IMG/VR virus record: IMGVR_UViG_3300001580_000009 | DNA from: an uncultured virus (IMG/VR IMGVR_UViG_3300001580_000009) | Taxonomy: Duplodnaviria > Heunggongvirae > Uroviricota > Caudoviricetes | DNA length: 64,000 nt | Strand: one strand, 5' to 3' | Shown here: positions 40,159 to 48,315 of the stretch, piece by piece | Numbering within the stretch: position 1 is the stretch's first letter | Layout: each line of letters opens with the position of its first letter | Translations under genes and position numbers: made by a program | Notes under the pieces: generated by a model | Database searches by the model: none | Seen by the model: the letters and a program-made list of their open reading frames with translations, nothing else | Told to the model about the DNA's origin: nothing

Positions 40159-40189
40159 GTTTTCTCCTGTTGAATGTCAGTGTTTGATT

Positions 40190-40218
40190 AGTATAAGATA
40201 CCTTGGATTTATTGTCAA
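40190..40218 (-). promoter_or_regulatory. sigma70-type early promoter
   Basis: TTGACA-ATAAATCC..(17)-TATACT. Confidence 0.85.
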
Positions 40219-40226
40219 ATCCTGAG

Positions 40227-40532
40227 TTAAAGAATCTCGGCGAGAATGCGATTGTACACATCCGCTTTGGACATGTAATAATCGTAGTCACGCTCACCGG
40301 GGCGAAAATTCTTCCACTGATTTTGACCAGCGTAAGAAACTAGTTCACGCTTGAGCGAACCATCACTGTATGCTTCCTGAAAACCATACAGGTCGTAGTG
40401 GGCAATAAAACCGCTGCACTGGTTCAGAAAGTTATAACCCGTCTTATTTAGCGAGTCAATGTTCCTGCAAGCCTTGACCACATTGTTCACAATGCGAGTC
40501 TTTTGCTGTTCGGTGAGGGGAGTTAGTGCCAT
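40227..40532 (-). CDS. hypothetical early protein
   Basis: ORF behind an early promoter. Confidence 0.7.
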   Translation of the reverse strand: MALTPLTEQQKTRIVNNVVKACRNIDSLNKTGYNFLNQCSGFIAHYDLYGFQEAYSDGSLKRELVSYAGQNQWKNFRPGERDYDYYMSKADVYNRILAEIL

Positions 40533-40565
40533 TTCTCAATCCGTGTTCTAATCTTCAATACAAGT

Positions 40566-40594
40566 ATTGTATCAGGATTTGGAATTATTGTCAA
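40566..40594 (-). promoter_or_regulatory. sigma70-type early promoter
   Basis: TTGACA-ATAATTCC..(17)-TACAAT. Confidence 0.8.
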
Positions 40595-40596
40595 AT

Positions 40597-40815
40597 TTAT
40601 TCAGTGACCAGACCGCGGTTGGTTTCCTTGAGGACACGATCGGCCCATTTGAGCATTTCGGGAGTAGCAGGCTTAACGAGAACTTCCTCGCCGGCTTCTA
40701 CATCTTGGCGCAGGAACCCCCAGTCATAACGGTTACCTTCGGATGTGTACAGAACGCCCATCATAGTACCGGACTTGTAATAGTATTCTTCACCGAAATA
40801 GTAAACAGTCTTCAT
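40597..40815 (-). CDS. hypothetical early protein
   Basis: MKTVYYFGE...RYDWG. Confidence 0.65.
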   Translation of the reverse strand: MKTVYYFGEEYYYKSGTMMGVLYTSEGNRYDWGFLRQDVEAGEEVLVKPATPEMLKWADRVLKETNRGLVTE

Positions 40816-40817
40816 TT

Positions 40818-40991
40818 TCAATCCAATTCGTAGGTGTTAAAAGCCAACATGATACCAAGCACAGTCCAAATTAGTGCTAGACCGGTATCGCCGAAAAAAG
40901 CAAATACGGCGGCTAGAATTAGATTAGCTGCTGCGCCTGCGTACCCAATCGGCTTACGATTTAGAATAAGCCACTCAGAAATTTTATTCAT
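40818..40991 (-). CDS. small membrane protein (57 aa, below ORF-track cutoff)
   Basis: AAGGAG RBS; MNKISEWLILNRKPIGYAGAAANLILAAVFAFFG..., two hydrophobic segments. Confidence 0.65.
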   Translation of the reverse strand: MNKISEWLILNRKPIGYAGAAANLILAAVFAFFGDTGLALIWTVLGIMLAFNTYELD

Positions 40992-41008
40992 TTTGTCTCC
41001 TTAAAAAT

Positions 41009-41269
41009 TCACATTGTCCAGTACGTTTCGGACGACGGATCGCAACACAGGGGGGTGTTACTAGGAATCTCAACCTCAGCCCCGGTCATCAGGTTCTTGA
41101 CTTTCACCTTTGCCACGATCTTGGTGTTGTACGTTTCCTCATCAGTATACGCATACGCAGCATGTTCCGCGTTACGGTTCATACAGGTCGTGCTACGCTT
41201 TGCCGCACTCTCAAGATTAAACATCTTGATCATTTGGGTAGACTTTACATGATATACGACGAATGCCAT
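41009..41269 (-). CDS. hypothetical early protein
   Basis: Ends NTPLCCDPSSETYWTM. Confidence 0.75.
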   Translation of the reverse strand: MAFVVYHVKSTQMIKMFNLESAAKRSTTCMNRNAEHAAYAYTDEETYNTKIVAKVKVKNLMTGAEVEIPSNTPLCCDPSSETYWTM

Positions 41270-41278
41270 GATATTTCC

Positions 41279-41614
41279 TTAGTGGACAGTGCGATAGATA
41301 CGATACGTGACACCTTGATTGGTCACACGCTTTTCGTAACCTTCTTTTTCGTAGTCACTTTCAAGCAGGGCAAGAGTCTTACGGTCGCGAACCAGGGCAC
41401 CATCGACCTTGACGCTGATAAACTTCTTTCGATATTCAATGTGAACTTCCTTGGCAGCGTAGACCATTTCCAGGGCAAGCTTGGCACGTTCAGCCTTGAT
41501 TTTGTCTCGGTCGGAATACAGACTAGAATTCACAGCACTACGCATGCGGGCATCGCGGGCCGCAAACCAAGCATACTGACCTGCAGCCTTGTTTTCCAGT
41601 TCCTTAACAAACAT
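41279..41614 (-). CDS. hypothetical early protein
   Basis: GGAG RBS, behind an early promoter. Confidence 0.7.
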   Translation of the reverse strand: MFVKELENKAAGQYAWFAARDARMRSAVNSSLYSDRDKIKAERAKLALEMVYAAKEVHIEYRKKFISVKVDGALVRDRKTLALLESDYEKEGYEKRVTNQGVTYRIYRTVH

Positions 41615-41647
41615 TTCGTACTCCGTTATTTAACTGTCTAAGACTCT

Positions 41648-41676
41648 ATTATATACGAAACCGGATTTATCGTCAA
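41648..41676 (-). promoter_or_regulatory. sigma70-type early promoter
   Basis: TTGACG-ATAAATCC..(17)-TATAAT. Confidence 0.8.
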
Positions 41677-41679
41677 ATT

Positions 41680-42090
41680 TTACTTCTCGCCAATCGCTCG
41701 GCGAAGTAGAATTTCCTGCTTACTGTATGCTTCAATTTCCCAAGGCCGATCCAAATAGTTGACTTTCTTGCTATACTTCTTGCCAGCCCAAATGATAGAA
41801 CCGTTCTTTTCGTACCGCATCGTGCCCTTGGCCATTTGTTTAACATGAACCATTTCGTGGGCAAGGGTGATGCCCAAATCTTTGAGATTCTTGACAGGGC
41901 GCAATACGATCAAGTAAATCCCGGTAGCTTCGGTGAGGTCAATAGCGACACCATCATGTTCGCATTCAGGGGAAAACAAAACTTGTACCATTTTGCGGCA
42001 ATTGTCTAGCTTCAACTGGCTAATAATGGACGGCATGATCGCTTCCGCGAACTTCTTATTGCGACCACGACCTTCAATTAGATATTCCAT
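41680..42090 (-). CDS. zincin-like metallopeptidase
   Basis: LAHEMVHVKQ ... PWEIEAY. Confidence 0.8.
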   Translation of the reverse strand: MEYLIEGRGRNKKFAEAIMPSIISQLKLDNCRKMVQVLFSPECEHDGVAIDLTEATGIYLIVLRPVKNLKDLGITLAHEMVHVKQMAKGTMRYEKNGSIIWAGKKYSKKVNYLDRPWEIEAYSKQEILLRRAIGEK

Positions 42091-42111
42091 AATTAGCTCC
42101 TGATTAATTAC

Positions 42112-42140
42112 ATTCTATATTAACCAGGAATTATTGTCAA
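42112..42140 (-). promoter_or_regulatory. sigma70-type early promoter
   Basis: TTGACA-ATAATTCC..(17)-TAGAAT. Confidence 0.8.
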
Positions 42141-42141
42141 G

Positions 42142-42399
42142 TTAGTCCATTATTCTTGCCATGAGTATCAGACTATTAAGATGGTTTAATGAACTATTGA
42201 TTTTATCAAGTTGGTCTTGTACATGAATACTTGACTTTAATCGTCGGCTATTCACTTCAAGCTTGCTAAGTTCAGTAACCATACTGTCAATGTTTCTAAG
42301 CATTTTTTGAAGGTCGGGATTGTAACTTAACTGTGACAGTTCTTTTCGCAAATTGTCACAGGCTTCCCGACCCTCAGAAACATTATGTACGGTTATCAT
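42142..42399 (-). CDS. hypothetical coiled-coil protein
   Basis: 85 aa; TTGACA-17-TAGCAT at 42406-42434 just upstream. Confidence 0.65.
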   Translation of the reverse strand: MITVHNVSEGREACDNLRKELSQLSYNPDLQKMLRNIDSMVTELSKLEVNSRRLKSSIHVQDQLDKINSSLNHLNSLILMARIMD

Positions 42400-42430
42400 A
42401 GTAGAATGCTACTACCAAATTCGTTTAATG

Positions 42431-44386
42431 TCAAGGTGGGCATGTTCCCCAAACTGGTCTTGATAAAGTCCAGGATGTCGCTCCGGTGTCGAAATCTACT
42501 GGCAACACTGGTATTAAACTGACGCACCATGTACTAAGGTCTTGATTGAATGCTGTTGCATTTCTAAACATATAATTCATGTTAGATACCGATATAGTGT
42601 TCCATGCACTGATATCCTGATTAAATTGTTGTGCTCCGCTGAACATATTACTCATGGTAGAGACTTTACTAACGTTCCAGTTGCCAATTGGTTGATTGAA
42701 CTCTGAATTAACAAACATGCTACGCATGTCAGTCACGTTGCCAGTATTCCATGTATTAAGAGGCTGATCAAATACGGATATATTAAACATCGAAGACATA
42801 TTCGTAACTTTACTAACATCCCAATTACCGATAGGTTGATTGAACAAACTAGGTCCAGTGAACAAGCTTCCAGCAAACATAGCTTGCATATCAGTGACAT
42901 TGCCAGTATTCCAGCTGCCAATCGATGGGTGATTGAATACGGATGCCCCAAACATTTGAGCCATATTTGTGACAGAACTGGTGTTCCATCCGCTTAAGTC
43001 TTGGTTAAAGGCCAATGAGCTATTAAACATATATCTCATATCAGTAACTTTACTGACATCCCAAGATCCAATTGGCTGATTAAAAGCCTTTGCCTGAGCG
43101 AACATATTAGACATAGAAGTAGCATTACTAACGTTCCATGTACCAATTGGTTGGTTAAATACCCATGTTCTGAAGAACAGGCCGGCAAATTCAGTAACAT
43201 TACTCACGTCCCAATCTAATACATTTGGATGATTGAATTTTTCGGTTCCTGACAACATGTACAACAAGCTAGTCATTGTTGATGGTATATAGTTAGGCAA
43301 ATATTCTAAATTTTTACAACCGTCAAACATCCAATCAGCTAGTATAATATCTAATGTACCCCAATCAGTAACACCGGTTATATTATAGTTCCATGACATT
43401 TCTAACGAATTCGTTTTTCCATATAACTTAGCAGTGTAAATGGCAGGTGTGCTATAGGTGTGTGAAATATAATCTTCTGGATTCGTGTATTGTTCTATTA
43501 CACCATCGCCCCAATCGACTGTAAGATTTGCATCACTCGCCGCTAGCATGTATATACCAGTGTCAATATTAGCGTCGATTGTTAAAATCATTGGTTGCGG
43601 GCATGTACCCCATACTGGTTTAGGCAATGTCCACAAATTAGCACCCATATCAAATGCGCTCGGTGCCGTTGGTATCAATGACACACACCAGTTACTCAAA
43701 TCTTGATTAAATGCTGATGCTACGTTAAACATATAATTCATGTTTGTGACAGAAGAAGTATCCCAACCGCTAATGTCTTGATTAAATGCGGTAGCATAAC
43801 TAAACATGTAACTCATATCAGTGACATTACTAACATTCCAATTGCCAATTGGTTGGTTGAATATAGTAGCCTGATAGAACATATTATTCATGTTGGTGAC
43901 GTTTGAGGTATCCCAACTCAGAACGTTAGGGTCATTAAAACTAGCCGTATATAAAAACATACCACTAGTATCTGTCACGGTAGATGGAAGGTAGTTAGGG
44001 ACTTTCGTTAAGTTTACCCACTGCCTAAAGGCATAACTTAAACTCGTCATTCCCAAATTACCCCAATCAACAACTTCAATAAAACTTGCTAACCAACTAA
44101 TTCCGCCGTATTGTGCTCCTATCCGATCTGTTGTTCCAGTAACACTGATGGTAAAGACCTCATCCGTCGAGTAATAATGATTGGCTGGCCCGTATGCGGG
44201 TTCAATCGTCCCATCTCCCCAATCAATTGTAACTTCCGTAGTCCACCCAAACGGAATTTGAACAGTTCTCCCGTAGTTCGTGTCAACTTTCAGTGTGAAC
44301 GCCGAAGTCGGAGGAGGGGGCGGAGGAGGATCTCCACTAAACGATATGTACACACCATTCAAAAATACATTGTCTAAGTTAATCAT
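42431..44386 (-). CDS. BspA-like/DUF285 repeat surface protein with PKD-like domains
   Basis: Many W(D/N)(T/V)S.VT.M..MF...FNQ repeats; two (I/V)DWGDG domains; TATAAATA upstream. Confidence 0.85.
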   Translation of the reverse strand: MINLDNVFLNGVYISFSGDPPPPPPPTSAFTLKVDTNYGRTVQIPFGWTTEVTIDWGDGTIEPAYGPANHYYSTDEVFTISVTGTTDRIGAQYGGISWLASFIEVVDWGNLGMTSLSYAFRQWVNLTKVPNYLPSTVTDTSGMFLYTASFNDPNVLSWDTSNVTNMNNMFYQATIFNQPIGNWNVSNVTDMSYMFSYATAFNQDISGWDTSSVTNMNYMFNVASAFNQDLSNWCVSLIPTAPSAFDMGANLWTLPKPVWGTCPQPMILTIDANIDTGIYMLAASDANLTVDWGDGVIEQYTNPEDYISHTYSTPAIYTAKLYGKTNSLEMSWNYNITGVTDWGTLDIILADWMFDGCKNLEYLPNYIPSTMTSLLYMLSGTEKFNHPNVLDWDVSNVTEFAGLFFRTWVFNQPIGTWNVSNATSMSNMFAQAKAFNQPIGSWDVSKVTDMRYMFNSSLAFNQDLSGWNTSSVTNMAQMFGASVFNHPSIGSWNTGNVTDMQAMFAGSLFTGPSLFNQPIGNWDVSKVTNMSSMFNISVFDQPLNTWNTGNVTDMRSMFVNSEFNQPIGNWNVSKVSTMSNMFSGAQQFNQDISAWNTISVSNMNYMFRNATAFNQDLSTWCVSLIPVLPVDFDTGATSWTLSRPVWGTCPP

Positions 44387-44439
44387 TACTAATCCTCGTA
44401 GGGCTTTAGTATTTATATAGTTTTGCTATCCATTAAAAT

Positions 44440-44455
44440 AGGCACCTAAGTGCCT
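44440..44455 (-). terminator. intrinsic terminator
   Basis: AGGCAC-TTAG-GTGCCT-ATTTT. Confidence 0.7.
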
Positions 44456-44460
44456 TATTT

Positions 44461-45330
44461 TTAGAGTTTGCCTTCTTGTTTCATTTTTTCTCGTATCTTT
44501 GTTGCCGAGATAGAATGAATACTTTCATCAAACGTTTCTTGTTCAATCTTATAACCTACATCACGACCATATGTAATGTTCACAATGTTAGGTACAACTA
44601 AGATTTCATATTGCCCCTGAAATAGTGGGTCTAAATCTCTACGAATATAGCTTTTAACTTGCTCAATAGCGAATGGATTACTGTTATTCCAACCTTGACA
44701 ATCACGTATCATGATAACGACTTGTCCAGTCTTGGCAATTGCTCGTTCAAACAACGCACGATGCCCTTCATGCCATGGTTGCCAACGCCCGAGCATTTGA
44801 ACTGTTTCTTTCTTCCAATCAAATACCGGACGGCGCCGTTCTTCTAAGATATGATTGCCTACAAATTCTACCCACTTTTCAGCGTTTTGCTCTGTGATTC
44901 TAAAATCATACATGTCAGGCGGGACAAACGCTTTGTTGGTGTCTTCATAACGACCTTGATCAATTGTGTCCATCCAAATCGTCCAGTCTGCTTTGAAGTT
45001 GTGACGCATTTCGGGCAGCGGCGCGACGAAATCACAGATAACAAAGTCACCGGTACACTTCAACGCAAACTCAAACATGCGTAGACTTTGACGAATGCGA
45101 CCTTCACGGCTGAAATCCCAGTCATTAAAACGACGACGAATTTCGTCAGCATTAAACCAATCTACTTTTACATCATAGAAATGCTTAGGTGGGATACCCT
45201 CATACATTGCAAAACGTATCGGGTCAATCTTTTCTGCATCACCATTTTCTTCTAAATACTTCTTTAGACGTTCAGCGAAGTATGTTTTGCCCGAGCCTGG
45301 CAGACCCATAATTAAAATTCTTTTTGCCAT
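44461..45330 (-). CDS. adenylyl-sulfate kinase-like domain fused to a HIGH-type nucleotidyltransferase domain
   Basis: GLPGSGKT...NADEIRR...DFS.EGR; C-terminal GRWQPWHEGH...ISATKIR. Confidence 0.8.
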   Translation of the reverse strand: MAKRILIMGLPGSGKTYFAERLKKYLEENGDAEKIDPIRFAMYEGIPPKHFYDVKVDWFNADEIRRRFNDWDFSREGRIRQSLRMFEFALKCTGDFVICDFVAPLPEMRHNFKADWTIWMDTIDQGRYEDTNKAFVPPDMYDFRITEQNAEKWVEFVGNHILEERRRPVFDWKKETVQMLGRWQPWHEGHRALFERAIAKTGQVVIMIRDCQGWNNSNPFAIEQVKSYIRRDLDPLFQGQYEILVVPNIVNITYGRDVGYKIEQETFDESIHSISATKIREKMKQEGKL

Positions 45331-45400
45331 ATAATTCTCCTTGAACTATTATAGCAATATTTAAGGTCTATGTATATAGTTTGATTAAAACTATTCGCCC

Positions 45401-45586
45401 TTACTTGCGTAATAATGGGGGAATACCTGCTCCACTGACATTGAACCCAAATGCTTTAGCATTCTTTTTTATTGTGTCTGGCTTGATGTCCACTGTTAAC
45501 GCCATGCAGTATCTATGGTCGTTTTTCTCTTTCTCTGAGGGAATATAACCAGATGCGGATTCTTTTATTATTTCATTTATTTTCAT
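45401..45586 (-). CDS. re-started C-terminal module of the 46351-47700 gene
   Basis: MKINEIIKE-SASGYIPSEKEKNDHRY..ALTV duplicates the upstream gene end; own TAAATA box. Confidence 0.75.
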   Translation of the reverse strand: MKINEIIKESASGYIPSEKEKNDHRYCMALTVDIKPDTIKKNAKAFGFNVSGAGIPPLLRK

Positions 45587-45597
45587 TAAACTATTTA

Positions 45598-46287
45598 TTA
45601 TTTACAATATTTTCCCTTTAGATGCCTTGATAATTGACTCATCCCTTTTCCCTGCTTGCCACATTTTTCACAGGTCCATGTTTTATGAGCAGGATGAGTT
45701 CCGGTTTCTAACATTTTTTGTATAGGATGCGTCCCCTCTTCAAATTTCTTTTTATTTAAAGTTGAACCTAAAAAATTATGTGTTCCGTCTTTTACTCTTT
45801 TGAAATTAGTTTCCTTACCAACAGATGATCCGTCTTTGTTCTTTAAGAAGGGGTGTGTGCCTTTTTTGACTTTATTAAGTTCTTTTTCTCTAGCCCAATC
45901 TTTGTCTAAAAAATGAAAAGTACCCTCATTTATTTTTTGATAAATTGATTCTAATTGCGCTTTTCTAGAATTCGAACCTGATAAAAAATTATGCGACCCG
46001 TCAGCAATTCTTTGTTTAGCATTTTTTCTAGATAATTCAGACCTTTGCTCGTCTGTCAAAGTTAAATTTCTAGCAATCAAATTACAGGCTCCCCAATCTT
46101 CTTGTAAATAATGAATATCAAAATGTTCTTTTATAGATACTGCTTTTAAATTTTCAGGGGAATTATTGGAACGATTTCCATCAATATGATGTATTTCAAA
46201 TGACCTTCCGTTTGAATCTTTTGGTATGGGGCCATTATGGTTGATATAGATTCTACGGTACTTATTAGTACCACAATAAATACACAT
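45598..46287 (-). CDS. HNH homing endonuclease (paralogue of 17546-18271)
   Basis: MCIYCGT...FEIHHIDGNRSNNSPENLKAVSIKEHFDIH; G(T/S)H(N/P)F repeats. Confidence 0.9.
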   Translation of the reverse strand: MCIYCGTNKYRRIYINHNGPIPKDSNGRSFEIHHIDGNRSNNSPENLKAVSIKEHFDIHYLQEDWGACNLIARNLTLTDEQRSELSRKNAKQRIADGSHNFLSGSNSRKAQLESIYQKINEGTFHFLDKDWAREKELNKVKKGTHPFLKNKDGSSVGKETNFKRVKDGTHNFLGSTLNKKKFEEGTHPIQKMLETGTHPAHKTWTCEKCGKQGKGMSQLSRHLKGKYCK

Positions 46288-46353
46288 GCTGTAACTCCTT
46301 ATCAGTTATAGAGTAGTTGGGTGTTAGCGCACCGCGAACTACACTTTTATTTA
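46277..46353 (+). ncRNA. endonuclease-associated structured element, copy 6
   Basis: CTGTAACT ccttatc AGTTATAG-A-GTAGTT-G-GGTGT tagc GCACC-GCG-AACTAC, between TAAATA/TATTTA boxes. Confidence 0.65.
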
Positions 46354-47700
46354 TCTTTTTCTTACCGTTAATGCTGTCTTAAATCTTGGATCATTTTTCT
46401 CAGCATTGCTAGGAATGTATCCTGAAGCACTTTCTTGTAAATCTTCATCTTCTAAATCTACTAAATCAACATATTTTATTGGAACATTTTTTATTGCTGC
46501 TGCTAATGCTCTGTGATTACCGTCAATGATTCTATCACCAGAAATAACTATTATTTTATCCGATAAATTTGGATCTTTAGTATATGACTCAACATGATCT
46601 TTTTGTTCCTCATCCATCATGTCAAATAATTCGTCTATGTGTTCTACACGATATTGACTGGTCAACATTATCTTTAACATGTGCTTTGGTAATACTTTAA
46701 CGTCTAAGGGTGTTTCCAATTCGCCAGGTCTGACTTCATCCCAAAATAATTCATCTCTATCTGGATAGTTTCCGTTATATAACTGTTTTAATGTGATAGT
46801 GTTATTATTCTCGCTGATTGATCCGCGAAACTGTCTATCTTTCATTCCACCGTACGGATTTACTGCCGGTGTTTTCTCGGCTGCAAATTGTAGTGTTTCA
46901 TCTTCTGTTACATCAAACGTTTCGAATTCTTTAGCAAATCTCTCTGCTAATTGTTCTTCGTCAGTTAAGGGCATTGTAGGAAGATGTGCGCTTTCTATGC
47001 TCAACTCCTCGCTATGTAGCTCGTCACGTAATTGATATAATTTTGTAATTAATCCCTGACTACGAATTGCTTTGAAAGCTAAATTTTCAGGACCAAATTC
47101 ACCGCCCTTTTCTAATCCTGCTTGTCTATATCGTTTGATTGTCTTTAATGCTTCTTGGATCTTGTCAAGATTTTTAGACTTTAATGCTAATTCAATAACC
47201 TTAGCTAGTTTTTCAAACTTTGCTTTTGTAGCTGTTTGATCAAAATTTGCTCTACGCTTTGTAGGGAATTTAATCCACTCGTTTCTTAATAAACTATACT
47301 CACCTAAACTCTTTACAGGTTCTCTTGAATCTTGAACATATAATTCTACTGGTACACCATGAACCTTAACATCATGACTATCGTTATACAATGTCTTTTT
47401 AGCGTTGAACAATTCTTTGTAGACCTCATCGTTAGGTAATTTACCCATATCAACAATGATATGTAAATCCAAGTCACTATGAGNTGTATAGCTATACGCT
47501 GCGTTTGAGCCTGACACAGTAATATCTTCTACATTCAACCCACTGATACCCAATTCTGNCATAAAGTCTTCAGCAATGATTTGTAATTGCTTTTCAACTT
47601 CGTGACGAAGGTGCATGCCACTCCATAATTTTGGGTTCAGTTTATCGTGAAATGTCACGGCATCAGACATTTTAAATGAGTCTAGTTCTTTGAGGTTCAT
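46351..47700 (-). CDS. late protein: Pol-beta-type nucleotidyltransferase domain plus ParB/Srx-like domain
   Basis: SGSNA...SDLDLH motif; IIDGNHRA motif; CATAAATA just upstream. Confidence 0.75.
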   Translation of the reverse strand: MNLKELDSFKMSDAVTFHDKLNPKLWSGMHLRHEVEKQLQIIAEDFMXELGISGLNVEDITVSGSNAAYSYTXHSDLDLHIIVDMGKLPNDEVYKELFNAKKTLYNDSHDVKVHGVPVELYVQDSREPVKSLGEYSLLRNEWIKFPTKRRANFDQTATKAKFEKLAKVIELALKSKNLDKIQEALKTIKRYRQAGLEKGGEFGPENLAFKAIRSQGLITKLYQLRDELHSEELSIESAHLPTMPLTDEEQLAERFAKEFETFDVTEDETLQFAAEKTPAVNPYGGMKDRQFRGSISENNNTITLKQLYNGNYPDRDELFWDEVRPGELETPLDVKVLPKHMLKIMLTSQYRVEHIDELFDMMDEEQKDHVESYTKDPNLSDKIIVISGDRIIDGNHRALAAAIKNVPIKYVDLVDLEDEDLQESASGYIPSNAEKNDPRFKTALTVRKR

Positions 47701-47724
47701 AGTGTATTTATGATAGCCAAATTG

Positions 47725-47744
47725 GAAGGCACCGAAGTGCCTTC
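47725..47744 (-). terminator. C(UUCG)G hairpin
   Basis: GAAGGCAC-TTCG-GTGCCTTC. Confidence 0.7.
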
Positions 47745-47763
47745 ATTGTTTTCTAACCTAAGA

Positions 47764-48315
47764 TTAGAATGCTACGCGAAGATTTACACCATAAGAGGTT
47801 TCCTTGATATCAAGATAACTCTTGCTGGCCGTAACACCTACTGCCAATTGCTTGGTAACAGCGAAATCAACGCCACCAAATACTAGTGCTTGATTAGGAT
47901 TACCGTGATCCCAATTAATACGAGTCTTTGCTCCAACGTAAGGGGTTAGATTACCGACAGGTAGAGCAGCAGTTGCACCAACTACGCCATAATCAAAACC
48001 AGTACCACCACCTTGACCATTGTCATGACCTACACCAACGTAAGGGGCAACTGCGACTTTCCCAAGTGCGAAGCCCTTACCGACAGAAAGTTCTAGGCTG
48101 TTACCTAGGCCGCCGGCATTGTCAGTAGCTTGAGTACGTGCTTGTAGCCCGAAGTTCAATCCTGCTAGATCCTTGCCAACACGAACTGTTTGAACAGTTC
48201 CCTTGACGTCGGTTACATCGTCCTTAACTGACTCAACAGTTAGACTAGCAAAATCACTGGCTTGTGCGCCAAATGCTGCAAGAGAGATACCGAGTGCTAA
48301 AAGTAGTTTCTTCAT
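47764..48315 (-). CDS. outer-membrane beta-barrel protein
   Basis: Sec signal peptide (AQA), amphipathic beta strands, C-terminal YGVNLRVAF. Confidence 0.8.
   Translation of the reverse strand: MKKLLLALGISLAAFGAQASDFASLTVESVKDDVTDVKGTVQTVRVGKDLAGLNFGLQARTQATDNAGGLGNSLELSVGKGFALGKVAVAPYVGVGHDNGQGGGTGFDYGVVGATAALPVGNLTPYVGAKTRINWDHGNPNQALVFGGVDFAVTKQLAVGVTASKSYLDIKETSYGVNLRVAF

Noticed and set aside
39100..40173. 357-aa plus-strand ORF (likewise 9659-10276, 12698-13321, 38120-38791, 56055-56705)
   Set aside because: Antisense to well-supported genes with biased codon usage; no recognisable motifs.
42431..44386. CRISPR-like or DGR-type repeats in the DUF285 gene and in 51714-57482
   Set aside because: The repeats are in-frame, degenerate protein repeats. 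There are no identical repeats with unique spacers, no obvious adenine-specific variation and no reverse transcriptase in the window.
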